IMG/VR virus record: IMGVR_UViG_2933279956_000001
Span: 1-64,000 of that record
Length of the DNA stretch: 64,000 nucleotides
From: a virus
Lineage: Duplodnaviria > Caudoviricetes
Reading direction: 5' to 3' (one strand)
A program made the position numbers and the translations under genes. Under the pieces are notes generated by a model, which was given only the letters and a program-made list of their open reading frames with translations, made no database searches and was not told where the DNA came from. Positions 46,313 to 56,843 of this stretch are shown one piece after another; positions within the stretch are counted from its first letter, which is position 1, and each line of letters starts with the position of its first letter.

Positions 46313-46918
46313 CGGCGGCGCTGGTGGTAGCGGCTCTTCACGGCTCGGGCGCGGGGCCAGGCGTTGACGCGGAGGCGCTGGAGGAGGTGGACGGCGGCTC
46401 GCCACTGCTGGTCGGTGAAGGCGTGCATCTCGTCAACGAAGGTGAAGGTGGGGGTGACGCCGCGGAAGGGGCCGACGGGTTCGCGCTCGTGGGTCATCGC
46501 TGCTTGTCCAGGTCTTCGTCCAGCGGCCAGTCGAGCTGGTGATAGCCGAGGGCGTAGGCCCTGCAGGTGCAGCAGCTGCGGCCGTGGGTGTGGTCGGGGT
46601 ATGCGGCGAGGTGCTCGCGGATGCCGTTGCGCCAGGGGCGGGGGCCGGTTTCGGCGGCGGCGAGGAGCTCGACAACGTCGGGGTGTTCGGTCACTCGGGG
46701 TCCTTCTGGTGGGCGGCGTGGTCGCGGGCGGCGCGGCCGGCGCCGAGGAGGGGGTGGTACGGCGTGAGCGGGGGTTTCCAGCCGTTCTGGTTGAGCCAGT
46801 CGGCGATGGCGGTGACGTCTCTGTCGAGGAGGGCGGTCTGGATGTGGGGGGCGAGGATGGCGCGTACGGCGGCGCGCATGTCGGCCCATCGCGCTTCGAT
46901 GTCGGGGTCGGCGGCCAT
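46309..46918 (-). CDS. Three coupled small ORFs (46691-46918, 46494-46694, 46309-46497)
   Basis: Successive ATGA/GTGA overlaps; first has an AAAGGAG RBS. Confidence 0.55.
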
Positions 46919-47061
46919 GGCCGGGGCTCCTTTCTCGGTTGCGGTTTCGCTGTCATCTCGTGTGCGTGTTCGGACGGGTTCGCGGGGGTCCTTCCAGTTG
47001 TAGGTGTGCGGGACGTCAGCCGGAGTTGGACACAGTAAAGGGAAAGGTTTTAAGGGATAGG

Positions 47062-47210
47062 GGTTACGGTCACAGCGTGGCCTAACTGGCTGTTTGGTTA
47101 CGGTCACAGCGTGACCTACGGGCCACGCTGTGACCGTAACCTAAGTCAAGATCATTCCAGTGTTGTCCACAGGGTTGTCCACAGCGTTAGGGTGCGGTCG
47201 CAGCGTGGCC
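47062..47210. promoter_or_regulatory. Probable phage replication origin: 21-bp iterons plus two DnaA boxes
   Basis: GGTTACGGTCACAGCGTG(G/A)CC at 47062 and 47096, inverted at 47121, degenerate at 47190; TTGTCCACA at 47163 and 47175. Confidence 0.75.
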
Positions 47211-47588
47211 TTTCCCGGGTGGCAGCCTCACCGACGCGGGCAACTCGGGCACCCGGTAGTCGACGGCATGCCCCCTTCGGGCGAACACCGGTCGGCCACG
47301 CCGGTCCTCCCCCACGGCGACGCGGACCTCGAGGCCGCGGCGCGCGAGCCGCTGCAGAACGTCGGACAGGCCCCGCTCCCCCAGCCCGGCGCGCGCCTGC
47401 AACGTCTCCGTCAACGTGATCTTGCTGCCGTCGTCGCGCCGGTCTCCGCGATGCCACAACATGCGGCGCGTCACCTTGTGCGAGCGCTCCGCGATCAGCA
47501 TCAGCACCAGCCGCTCGGCCCCCGTCAACGGATTCGCCGCCGGTGACTCCAGCCACGCCGCGACCTCGCCCACCAGGCTTTCGGCCAC
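47187..47588 (-). CDS. Putative replication initiator (winged-HTH), short
   Basis: LTGAERLVLMLIAE, LSDVLQRLARRGLE; ends inside the iteron cluster. Confidence 0.65.
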   Translation of the reverse strand: MAESLVGEVAAWLESPAANPLTGAERLVLMLIAERSHKVTRRMLWHRGDRRDDGSKITLTETLQARAGLGERGLSDVLQRLARRGLEVRVAVGEDRRGRPVFARRGHAVDYRVPELPASVRLPPGKGHAATAP

Positions 47589-47653
47589 CCAACCCCCTCA
47601 CACACCTGCGACGCCCTGAGGGATGGGCAACCTGCTGATCACCGTACGACGCC

Positions 47654-48192
47654 TCACCAACCACGCACGACCACCGTCTCCCCGGTCTCGGTGACCTCGG
47701 CCAGCAGCGACACCTCACACTCGTGGCCCACGTCGAAACACGCCGAGCAGATGATGTGCCCCGCAGCCAGGACCGCGGCGCAACCCTGGCAGTAGACCGA
47801 CGTCTCGATGTGCTCATGCACGCAGCCGGTCTTCGCGCACAACACCGCGGCGGCGCCGCACTCCGTCACGCTGTCCCAGAGCCGCACCGTGCACACCGCC
47901 GCGAGCTCGGCGCCCGTCATGACCCGCCCTTGGCGAGTCCTCCATCGGGCTCCCCGACCGGCCGCAGCGGCTGATACCCCTCATGCCAGCCGCAGTAGCA
48001 GCGCAGCGGGGCGCAATACGCCCCCTCACCCGGCTCCGGAAGGCCGGCCAACGCCGCCGGCGTGTGCTCCTCACAGCGTGGCCCCTGAATGTACAAACGG
48101 GCCGGGCTGCGACCGCAGTACCCGTCCCCGGCACCCCGCCAATATCGGCACCCGGCATCCCTTTCGACAGCGGTTTCGCTTTCAACAATCAC
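47654..48192 (-). CDS. Two small Cys-rich ORFs (47917-48192, 47654-47920)
   Basis: CxxC/CxH motifs; coupled start/stop. Confidence 0.55.
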
Positions 48193-49355
48193 AGCGACTC
48201 CTTCAGAAACGCCAAGCCCTCCTTGAGCTTGTTCAGCTTCGCCAGCTCGTGCGTCAGCCGCTGAATCTCGGTTCGCTGGTGCATGTTCTGGACGTCGAGC
48301 CGCTCATTCGCGGCGAGGAGCTGGTCATGCTCCTCCCCCAGGGTGGCCAGTTCTCGCTGCAGCCCGGCCACACGCGCCTCCAACTCGGTCACGCGCACCG
48401 CGGCGTCGTTCGCCTTCTGCAACATCTCGATCAGCTGCCCCACCTCCGGCAAACCCGAAGCAGGCGGAGCCGCAGCAGCCTTCTCCCGACCGGCGTTGGG
48501 CGCCGGAACACCCTTCGCCGCGGCAGGCTTCCGGGCGACGGCGAGGCCGCCGTCATCCCACGCAGTCCGAATCCACCAGATGGGCGGGCTGGCGCGCTTC
48601 TGGCACTTGATGTGGTTCGTCCGCGTCAGGTAGCCGATCACCTCCCGCTCATACACCTCGTCCCACATGCCGCGGATCTGGCGCACAATCGACGTCAACG
48701 CCCCCGTCCACAACACGCCTTCCTCGCGGGCGTTGGTGCCGCGCTCGTCGCCCTGCTTCTTCGCCTCCTCACGCAGCAGCGACCACAGCGCATTCGCGTC
48801 AGCGGCCAGGTCCTCCTTACGGGGTCCGCCCTCGATGCGGGCAACGTCGCCGACTTTCGGCATGGACGCGTCATCTCCTTGCTGTAGCGCCGGAGCCACC
48901 TCTGGCCCGGCCACGGTTTCGGTCTTCGTCTCGGATTCGGGTGGGGGTGGGGTGAGGAACGCGATCACCTCGGCCTCACGGGCATGCAACATCCGCGCCA
49001 TCGGGCCCGCGTCCTCCAGCGGACCCGTCACCTGCAGCAGGCCACCCGCCAGGTACACGTGCACACCCATCGCCCGCGCCATCCTGACCAGGTCCCTCAC
49101 TGACCACGACGACGCTTCCGGCGCCGGCGCCGGCTTCTGCTCCACCGCGGCCGCGAGCGGCGGCCGCGTGGCCAGCGCGCGGATGCGTGAACGCTGATTG
49201 AGCAACTCCTGCCAGGCCAGCTTCAAGCGGACTCGGTGACAGAGGCCCGATTCCGGGTTCGTCACCACCCAGGCGTCGCTCTTGCGTTCGACCCGCAAGT
49301 TCAGCCGGACGGCTTCCTCACGAACCATCTTCTCCACGTCGGACGCCCGGCTCAC
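48189..49355 (-). CDS. Hypothetical multi-domain protein with C-terminal coiled coil
   Basis: GTGA-coupled long ORF. Confidence 0.65.
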   Translation of the reverse strand: MSRASDVEKMVREEAVRLNLRVERKSDAWVVTNPESGLCHRVRLKLAWQELLNQRSRIRALATRPPLAAAVEQKPAPAPEASSWSVRDLVRMARAMGVHVYLAGGLLQVTGPLEDAGPMARMLHAREAEVIAFLTPPPPESETKTETVAGPEVAPALQQGDDASMPKVGDVARIEGGPRKEDLAADANALWSLLREEAKKQGDERGTNAREEGVLWTGALTSIVRQIRGMWDEVYEREVIGYLTRTNHIKCQKRASPPIWWIRTAWDDGGLAVARKPAAAKGVPAPNAGREKAAAAPPASGLPEVGQLIEMLQKANDAAVRVTELEARVAGLQRELATLGEEHDQLLAANERLDVQNMHQRTEIQRLTHELAKLNKLKEGLAFLKESL

Positions 49356-49587
49356 GGCAGCCTCTGAGTGTGCAGGAGGATGGTCAGGCAGCGGATGTAC
49401 CGCTTGCCGACACGGACGTTCACGCCGCGCACTCGGTCGGCCCGGGTCACCCACACGCCGATGCGGCTGCCGGGCGGCTGCCCGAAGTAGATCGCGGCCC
49501 GCATCCAGCGGCGGCCCACCACCACGACGACGTCGCCGCCCGCCTGCACGGGCCAGTGCCGCGACCTGCTGAACGTGATCTCGGCCA

Positions 49588-49908
49588 TCACGAGCCACCA
49601 CTCCCCCGGCCGCCGAACCCCGACCGGGTGATCGTTTTCCCGGACCTGGTCACGATCGTCGTGTCGGCAGGCCGTACCGACGTCGCCCCCCGCACGTAGC
49701 CGCCGCTGCTGTTGCCGCCGTACACGTACACGTAGCCGTGGTGTGAACCACCTTCGCAAAACTGGTCATCCACCACGGCGTAGGAGCCGTCCGGCTGCTG
49801 AACCGCGCGCACGCAGTCGGCCACCACCTCGTGCTCCTGCGTCGCCAACGCCACCACCGCGGCGACAGCGCCGACCGCACCGAGCGCGATCACACCGGTG
49901 CTCCTCAT
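49588..49908 (-). CDS. Small exported protein (DUF1190-like C-terminus)
   Basis: N-terminal TM, ADCV..VDDQFC, ITRSGFGGRGSGGS. Confidence 0.55.
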   Translation of the reverse strand: MRSTGVIALGAVGAVAAVVALATQEHEVVADCVRAVQQPDGSYAVVDDQFCEGGSHHGYVYVYGGNSSGGYVRGATSVRPADTTIVTRSGKTITRSGFGGRGSGGS

Positions 49909-50453
49909 CCGCGCCTCCGCCACACCGGCATGCCGGCCGAATGCGCGAACGCCGCGGCGCCCGCGGACCCCGTCGAGTCGTCCTTCAGGTGCGCAAGCAT
50001 CCCAGTCCGGCCGCCCCGGCCGAGCGCGAGACCGACCATGAATCCATTCCGGTACGGCCCGGCCGCCTTCTCCAGCTCCGGGATGTCCCACCGCGCCGGG
50101 AAGCACTCGACGGCGATGCCGCTGGCGACGGCGGCCCACTCGAACGCGTGCCGGTCTCCGCCCCTCGGCTCCCGCTTGTCCGGGCCGTAGCCGACCAGGA
50201 GCCGGAAGATGCCGTTCTCCCGCTCGTACAGGTCGGCCAAGTCCTCCACGACGCGTCCTCTGCGCGCCCCACGGGAACCCGTGTAGACGAGGGTGAGGAG
50301 ATCCGGTGCCGCCCAGGCGTCTACCGCGGCGTCGAAGTTCGCAAGGACGTGCGTGGCCAGGTCCTCGCTGATCGGATAGTTCCTCAGGATGTCGGCCAGG
50401 AGAGCGCCGAGGTGCCGCTTCTGGCCTGCGGTGAGGAACGGCTGCTCACTCAT
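49905..50453 (-). CDS. SLOG-superfamily (YspA/DUF2493-like) protein
   Basis: VYTGSR, RGGDRHA, FPARW, AAGPYRNGFMV, STGS. Confidence 0.7.
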   Translation of the reverse strand: MSEQPFLTAGQKRHLGALLADILRNYPISEDLATHVLANFDAAVDAWAAPDLLTLVYTGSRGARRGRVVEDLADLYERENGIFRLLVGYGPDKREPRGGDRHAFEWAAVASGIAVECFPARWDIPELEKAAGPYRNGFMVGLALGRGGRTGMLAHLKDDSTGSAGAAAFAHSAGMPVWRRRG

Positions 50454-50793
50454 GCGCGGCCTCCGACTCCTCGGGTCGGCCGCCCTGGGCGGCGGCGCGG
50501 GCCCGGTTGATCGCCCCGTGGTACGGGCACGACCACTCGGTACAGCCGCCGGTGTCGGGGAACGTGAGGTCTCGATCATCTGTCATGTCTGGTTGCCTTC
50601 CTGATCGGGTGTGCGAGCTGGCTTGGCGTGCCACAGCCAGCAGGCGGAGCACCGGAACGCCCGGTGCCGGCGGCCGGTCCTGGCGGTCAGCTGATCCGCT
50701 TCCGCTTTCGCGGCCTGGCGGCGCAGATGGACGCGGTACAGGCACACTTCTGCGGCCCGCCGCAGCTTCCAGCGGGTGCGCGCGTCGAACTGG

Positions 50794-51654
50794 TCAGCAG
50801 GCATCCGTCACCTCGTCGGAGAGCTTTTGCGCCCAGCGGGAGCGGGCCTTGGCCAGGTAGACGTGGGACACGCCGAGTCGCTCAGCGGCCTGCACCAGAT
50901 CGAAGCCTTCGACGGCCATGAGCCAGTCGGAGTCCTCGGTGAGCGCCTGGTCACGAGTCTCACGCGCGCCCCGGTCGGGGACGGCTTCCGGGTCGTCGAT
51001 GCTGTCGTCGTCCCACGCCAGCGGCGGCATCCACTTGGCGGCCCGAGCCCGAGCCCGGGTCATGTTCACTGCGCGTCGCTCCTGCCTAGTCTGCTGAGGC
51101 GGTTCCTGATTCCACAGCCGGTCGTACAGCGCCCGAACTCGTTGAGCTGTGCGTGCCTCGACCTGGGGCAGCTTCAACGTCCACGACAGGACGGATCGGT
51201 CGGTCCCCATCTCTCTCGACAGCCAGGCCAGGCACCAGCCCTTGACCATGAGCGCCTGGATACGACGATGGGTGCCTGTGGCCGAGACGAGCATCCGTTT
51301 CGGAATCTGGTTGTGGGTCGGCCAGAACGCCAGGATGCGTTCAGCTCGCCACGTGTGGATCTTGCTTGGCCCCCTCAGATGTTTGTGCCAGCCAGCGACG
51401 CGCACGATCGTGAAGTAGCCCACACCGGTCAGGTCGGCGATGGCCCGTGGGCCGAATCCTGTCTCGCGGCGCAGGCGCTCCAAGTGCTCCCGAACCGGCG
51501 CAGGATCGGTGAACGGCTGCCAACGGCCTTCCTGCTTCAGTTGCGCCTTGCGGACCTCGTACTGCTTGTGCAGCTTCAGACAAGCCGGGCAGCAGCAACC
51601 GTGTTTGCGGGAGGTGCGACGGCTGTGATCGCTTCCGTCAGCGCGTCCGGACAT
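50794..51654 (-). CDS. HTH DNA-binding phage protein
   Basis: HGCCCPAC, VREHL..GPRAIADLTGV, RRIQALMVKGW, PPLAWDDDSIDDP, AAERLGVS. Confidence 0.7.
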   Translation of the reverse strand: MSGRADGSDHSRRTSRKHGCCCPACLKLHKQYEVRKAQLKQEGRWQPFTDPAPVREHLERLRRETGFGPRAIADLTGVGYFTIVRVAGWHKHLRGPSKIHTWRAERILAFWPTHNQIPKRMLVSATGTHRRIQALMVKGWCLAWLSREMGTDRSVLSWTLKLPQVEARTAQRVRALYDRLWNQEPPQQTRQERRAVNMTRARARAAKWMPPLAWDDDSIDDPEAVPDRGARETRDQALTEDSDWLMAVEGFDLVQAAERLGVSHVYLAKARSRWAQKLSDEVTDAC

Positions 51655-51886
51655 CGGCAGTCACCAGGTCGTCGTACTGTCCTGTCTTCACTGCGTCAGC
51701 GAACGCGGCGAACTCGCCGGGCGTTACGGTGAGCACCGGCCCGTCGGGCACGGTGCTGTCGCGGATGAGCACCAGGCCGTGGCCATGCTCGACATCGGCG
51801 CACCCGGCGGCGCAGCCGGCCGGTGGCCGCCACACCTCCACGCAGGCGCTGTTGCCGTTGCAGGATCGGGGCTTCTCCCAGGTCAT
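51638..51886 (-). CDS. DUF397 protein
   Basis: WEK..SACVEV..LIRDS..GPVL..EFAAF..VKTGQYD. Confidence 0.8.
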   Translation of the reverse strand: MTWEKPRSCNGNSACVEVWRPPAGCAAGCADVEHGHGLVLIRDSTVPDGPVLTVTPGEFAAFADAVKTGQYDDLVTADVRTR

Positions 51887-52221
51887 CAAAGGCTCCTTCG
51901 TTGGCTTCGGGTCTTGCGGCGGGAGTCGAGCGCGATCACGTTGTCCGGCAGCGGCGCCGGTTTCGGCGGCCCCTGCTTGCACGTGGTGCCGAGGACATGC
52001 GGCACGAACCGGTCCTCGCCCGGGTTCAGCGGTGGCGCGTCGACGCCGTCAAGCGAGCGGGATCGCCACACGCGAGGGCTGCCGACCGGCAGGCACGCCA
52101 TGTTCCCGGCCGGGTCCGGGCGCGGGTCGACCGGTAGCCGACGGCCTCTCGCGGTGATCGTCCAGAGAATCCGCCTGCGGCACAGGCCGCAGACGGACAA
52201 CTCACTGGGGTGCGGAACCAT
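51886..52221 (-). CDS. Small Zn-finger-like phage protein
   Basis: CGLCRRRILWTIT..LPVD..PHVLGTTC. Confidence 0.6.
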   Translation of the reverse strand: MVPHPSELSVCGLCRRRILWTITARGRRLPVDPRPDPAGNMACLPVGSPRVWRSRSLDGVDAPPLNPGEDRFVPHVLGTTCKQGPPKPAPLPDNVIALDSRRKTRSQRRSL

Positions 52222-52631
52222 CGCTGTCCGGCACGTAGCCGTGGTGGTACAAGGCCAGCGCCGCCGCCAAGTCGCCGGGGGTGATGTCGTAGCCTTCGAC
52301 GCGGGTGACGATGGAGCCGGTGTGGTCATAGACGGGGTGCACCGGATGCGTGGCCCGTCGCGCCCTCTTCGGCTGCTTTCGGAGGCGCTTTCGCTTCCGG
52401 GATTTGTCTTCGTCTTCGATGTCGTATTCCATGATCGTTCTCCCTATGGTTGATCGTGTGGCCTGTGGCGGGCTGCAGTGCCGAGACCCATCACCGCGAC
52501 GTAGCCGGGCAAGATGAGGGTGACGGTGCCGATCGCCAAGATGATGACGCCGAGCGTCGGGTGATGCTGGAAGCCGTACCAGGACACGGCGGCGACGAAC
52601 ACCTCGGCGAGGAGCAACGCCAGCAGCCGGA

Positions 52632-53114
52632 TCATCGGAAGAGCTCGTTGTAGGTGGCGACCGACCAGATGCGGATGATGCACCCGGGCTCCGGCAGAGC
52701 GTCGGGATGGTCGTCTCCGGCGTACAGCTTCCGGGGGTTGCGGTAGGCGACCACGCAGGCGTCGTCCTTCCAGATGTTGGCGGTCGTGAGCGCATCCTCC
52801 GTCGAACGAATGATCTTCGACAGGTCCGGATACGTGGTGTGGAACGGGCGGCGGACCGTCTTGCCGCGCGGCAGCGAGAAGCTGAAGCCCGCGATGAGCG
52901 GCTCGTTCAACGTGACCCAGTCGGGCCCGGCCGCCGCGCGCGCGGCCTCCTCGACGGCCTTGCGCCACGGGGCGACCTTCTTCGACGACTCCTGCTGGAC
53001 GACGCGGCCGGTGAAGACGCGGTTCTTCCCCTTGCCTTTGTAGATGGGGCGGCCGTTCTTGCTGCCCTGCGGGCCGGGCACACCCAGCGCGGTGATCGTG
53101 ATCAGCGGTTCCAT
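52632..53114 (-). CDS. rusA: RusA-family Holliday junction resolvase
   Basis: PGPQGSK, PDLSKIIRSTEDAL, WKDDACVV. Confidence 0.88.
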   Translation of the reverse strand: MEPLITITALGVPGPQGSKNGRPIYKGKGKNRVFTGRVVQQESSKKVAPWRKAVEEAARAAAGPDWVTLNEPLIAGFSFSLPRGKTVRRPFHTTYPDLSKIIRSTEDALTTANIWKDDACVVAYRNPRKLYAGDDHPDALPEPGCIIRIWSVATYNELFR

Positions 53115-53431
53115 GGTGTGCTCCTGTCCGGCTACCGCCACGACTGCACGGAACGCAGACGACGATCAGTGCCCGGCACGACAGCGGCCGAGGACCGCGG
53201 CCGGCCGCGCACGATGTAGACGGCGCCGATGACTGCGGCCGCGTGCACGAGGGCGCCCACGAACGCCAGATAGCCGACGACGATGGCGAAGATCCACGTC
53301 ATGGTGGTCCTTTCGGTAGGAGTCACACAGGAGCCAGCCGAGCAGGAACCCGGCCTGGGCGGAGAAGACACCCCACCCGGTCAGCAGCCACGGCAGCAGC
53401 TGCTCAACCGGAGTGGGGACGTGCAAAAACG

Positions 53432-53839
53432 TCACTGGCCTGCCTCACCGGAATGCACCCGATGAACGGCGGCCAGCGCCTCGCGGAGGCCGGCGTTGTC
53501 GTCCACTTCGAGAGCCAGGGCGGCCTGCAGGGCGCGCATGCGGCCCTGGTAGTCGCCGCCCTCCAGAGCGCGGGCGGCGAGCTGCTGGGCCTGGGCCAAA
53601 CCGCCTGCGTCGCCGGCGTCGATCGCGGCGATCGCCGTCATGGCGTCGGCGTAGCTGGCCTCGCGCCGCTTGGTCACCTCGTGCCGTTCGCGCTCGTCGT
53701 CCGCGATGCTAAAGGCGTGGATGAGCTGCCGTCCGGCGTCCTGCACGACCCGGCGGAAGCGGCCGGTCAGGTAGAGGAAGCAGCTGATCATGCCGAGGAT
53801 GCCCCACAGGACGCCGTCGACGATGTCCCAGAGGCTCAT
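53432..53839 (-). CDS. Hypothetical membrane-anchored protein
   Basis: GGAGG RBS; N-terminal TM. Confidence 0.55.
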   Translation of the reverse strand: MSLWDIVDGVLWGILGMISCFLYLTGRFRRVVQDAGRQLIHAFSIADDERERHEVTKRREASYADAMTAIAAIDAGDAGGLAQAQQLAARALEGGDYQGRMRALQAALALEVDDNAGLREALAAVHRVHSGEAGQ

Positions 53840-54192
53840 GGGGTGCCTCCGGCGCACTCCGGGTGCGAAGCACCGTCAGGGCAGGCGTCGTAGACGTCGC
53901 GGCTGACGTCGATCTCCCGGTCGACGCCGCCGGTGCGGACGATGAGCGTCCACTCCTCCGCCTCCCACGTCTTCACCGGCACGCACACCCGCTTCTTCTT
54001 CGCGCCGGTGCCGCGCGTGACGCATGCCGACTTCGTCTTGTACTCGCTGGGCTCGTACGCGCGGCCGACCACCACCGCGGCGGCGGGCGTGGACGGCATG
54101 TGCGGCGGGCTGCTTGGTGCGCACGCGACGACCGCGATGAGGAACAGGGACACCCAGAAGAGCGCCACCAGCACGGGGAGAGACAGCTTCAC
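53836..54192 (-). CDS. Putative lipoprotein
   Basis: Hydrophobic leader ending VVAC; YDACPDG..PEC. Confidence 0.6.
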   Translation of the reverse strand: MKLSLPVLVALFWVSLFLIAVVACAPSSPPHMPSTPAAAVVVGRAYEPSEYKTKSACVTRGTGAKKKRVCVPVKTWEAEEWTLIVRTGGVDREIDVSRDVYDACPDGASHPECAGGTP

Positions 54193-55248
54193 TTCTCACT
54201 CCTGATGCGAAAGCTGAAGACGCGGGCATGAGCGGTGCCGAGACGCTGCGCGAGCGCGCGGCTGTCGACGCCGATGCTGGTCAGTTCCCGGTCGAGGCCG
54301 GCCAGGGTGGCGGCCAGGTCACGGCCCAGGCCGTCGGCCAGATTCCCTTCGGCCTCGATCGCGAAAAGCAGCTTGTTGAGCCCGGTCAGCAGCGGCTCGA
54401 TCCGGATGGAGACGTTGTGGAGCGCGCCGAGCAGGTCGGCTACGTCCGCTGGCTCCGCCTCGGCTGTCGTGCACTGGTCGATGAGGCGAGCGCACGCGGC
54501 CAGAGCCGCGGCGACGTCGCTGGGACCAGATGCGGTCATGATCGTTACCTTTCGGTTTCGGGTGGGGTAGAGCGGCGAAGAGCCGCGTGGGGCCGGATGT
54601 CGTTCAGCAGCAGGTCGGCCACGGCGCCGGGCAGGCAGATGCGGTGGCCGAGCAGGACAGCGCGCAGTACGCCGATGGTGGGCAGGCCGCCAGGGTGCCG
54701 CCACAGCGAGCGGTCGCCGTCGCTGGCCTGCGCGGTGAAGGTGCGGCCGCTGTGGTCCCAGGCCACGGTGACGGTGACGCCGTGGTGACTGGCGTAGGTG
54801 TGCGGCTTCACCGGTGGTGATCCTGCGGCGAGGGGATCGGGGGGATGAGGCCGGTCAGGTCGCGCGTGTCGTCGCCACCGGGATTGTGGCTGGGGCACGG
54901 CCCGAACTCCGAGCAGCCGCACCCGGCCAGCGGCGGCTCCGCCAGTCGCAGCCCCGCCGAGGCGCTGGGGGCCGCGGCCGGGACGCCGGCGTGGGCGGCG
55001 GCGAGGGCGCGCTGCTCGACGGCCGCCTGGACGCCGTCGAGGGCGTTGATGATGTCGCGGCGCACCGCGTCGGCGACGGCGATGAGCTTCTGCATCAGGA
55101 GGAGGCCGTCGCCGAGGTCCTGCGGGTCGCGGGGGTTGACGCTGATGCGGTGGGTGCCGAGGGCGAGGGTGATGCCCTCGGGCGTGACGTGGTGGAAGAC
55201 CTGCTCGGGCGTGGGCTGGTCCTGGTTCACGTTGATGGACATGACCAT
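54189..55248 (-). CDS. Three small hypothetical ORFs (54808-55248, 54545-54811, 54189-54539)
   Basis: RBS and coupled starts; typical codon bias. Confidence 0.55.
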
Positions 55249-55319
55249 GGCGGTGCTCCCTTTCAGGAGGTGAGGGGAAGGTGCTGGGCCCCGGGCCGGG
55301 GCCCAGCACGGGGGGGGGG

Positions 55320-56843
55320 TTACGGCTGGTGCTTTTCGGCGCGAAGCTGCTCCAGGAACGCGGCCAGTTCGGCGGCGGTGGCCGCCAGGTGGGAGACGCT
55401 CATCGCCTTCTCGAATCTCTTGGTCAGCTGGGGGATGGTGCCGCCGCGTGCCTGCCACTCCGCGCGCACCTCCGCGACGACGTCGGCGCGCACCAGTTGG
55501 CCGTCATCGCGCGGCGTCTCCTGCTGCTCGGTTGATTCCTTGAGGCGCTCGTAGTGGTCGATGACCTCATGCGCCTGCGCGGGTGTGACCTTCGTGCGGG
55601 TTGTGATCTCGACGCCGACGACGTCGGAGATGGCGGTCCGCACGTCGTTGTCGTCGGTGATGCCGCGCTCGGCCAGCAGCGCGTGAAGCTTGTTCATCTG
55701 GCCGCGGCTCGCTCGGTTGGCCTGCTGGGCTGCGTCGTTGAGGGCGTCTGCGCGGTCGCTGGCCTGCCTCGGCATGTCCGCGATCGGCCCCCGCTCCGGC
55801 GCCGGGCGGCCGTCCTGGACGACGTCACCTTCCATTGTTGGAAGCGGAATAGCTTCCAACCTGGCGATGACGCGGTTGGCCTCGTCCTCGGTGAGCTGCC
55901 GGGCGGACTTGGCCTCGCCGATCGTCTCCTTCACCAGGGCCAGCGCCTGTTCCTTGTTCAGGCCGCGTTCGCGAACGAGTTGGATGATGCGCCTGTCCTG
56001 GTCGCCGGTGAGCCCGCCGGTCGGCGGCCGGCGAAGGGTCACGGACTCGCGGATGGGCTGTGTCGGCTCTGTCTCCTCGGGCTCGATCCGCTCGGTGACG
56101 CGGGCTGGATCGGCGCTGGGGTCGAAGTCCGTGCGGACGCCCTCGTCCACCGCGAGGCCGGTCGCCAGGTCCAGCGCCACCGGTATCGACTTCACGAGCC
56201 GAACGCGGATCATGGTCTTGCGGCCCATCTCGTTGAAATGGTCCCGCCAAGGGCCCACGACGCCGCCGTCCTTCTTGGCCATGGCGTACTTGTCGCGGTG
56301 CTCCTGCATCTCGGCCTGACTCATCGGCTCGGTCAGGATGCGCTGGGTTCCGTACTCCCCCTGAATCTGGGCCAGGGCATAGAAGCCGAGGACCGGGCCA
56401 CGGTCCGTGCCCAGCGTCGGCATCCTGTGGACGAGCAGATCCTGGCCCAGGTCCATCTCGAACATGTCGCCTCGGCGGACAATGTTCGACTGGACGGCGA
56501 CCACCTTCGGGTGCCGGTAGGCCAGGTCGGAGTAGCCGCGGTAGCCGATGATCACCTGCGCGTCGGTGCGCCTCTCCTTCCAGTTCTTCATCGGCAGCAG
56601 CCACGCATGCCCCAGTCCTGCGACGCCGGGGCGCAGGCCCAGCTGGGCGCACGTCATCAGGCCGCCCAGGACGGACGGGATGAAGCACTCGGCCAGCTTC
56701 GGCGTGACGCGTAGGCAGTTCAGTGCGTCCTGCTTCAGCTGGGCAACGGTCACGCCTCGGGGCAGGACGGCCTCGAACTCGTCGGTTTGACGGCCGATGC
56801 GGGTGTTCATCTCTTCGATAAGGGCGGGTAGGCGCTCGCTCAC
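55320..56843 (-). CDS. recT: RecT-family single-strand annealing protein with long C-terminal extension
   Basis: TPKLAEC, AQLGLRPG, LGHAWLLP, IIGYRG, GPWRDHFNEMGRKT. Confidence 0.9.
   Translation of the reverse strand: MSERLPALIEEMNTRIGRQTDEFEAVLPRGVTVAQLKQDALNCLRVTPKLAECFIPSVLGGLMTCAQLGLRPGVAGLGHAWLLPMKNWKERRTDAQVIIGYRGYSDLAYRHPKVVAVQSNIVRRGDMFEMDLGQDLLVHRMPTLGTDRGPVLGFYALAQIQGEYGTQRILTEPMSQAEMQEHRDKYAMAKKDGGVVGPWRDHFNEMGRKTMIRVRLVKSIPVALDLATGLAVDEGVRTDFDPSADPARVTERIEPEETEPTQPIRESVTLRRPPTGGLTGDQDRRIIQLVRERGLNKEQALALVKETIGEAKSARQLTEDEANRVIARLEAIPLPTMEGDVVQDGRPAPERGPIADMPRQASDRADALNDAAQQANRASRGQMNKLHALLAERGITDDNDVRTAISDVVGVEITTRTKVTPAQAHEVIDHYERLKESTEQQETPRDDGQLVRADVVAEVRAEWQARGGTIPQLTKRFEKAMSVSHLAATAAELAAFLEQLRAEKHQP

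Larger units (their letters stand above)
46024..46954. repeat. 25-bp exact direct repeat bracketing four small ORFs
   Basis: CTTTCTCGGTTGCGGTTTCGCTGTC at 46024-46048 and 46930-46954. Confidence 0.85.

Noticed and set aside
47062-47210. CRISPR array
   Set aside because: Mixed orientation, very short spacing and adjacent DnaA boxes fit iterons
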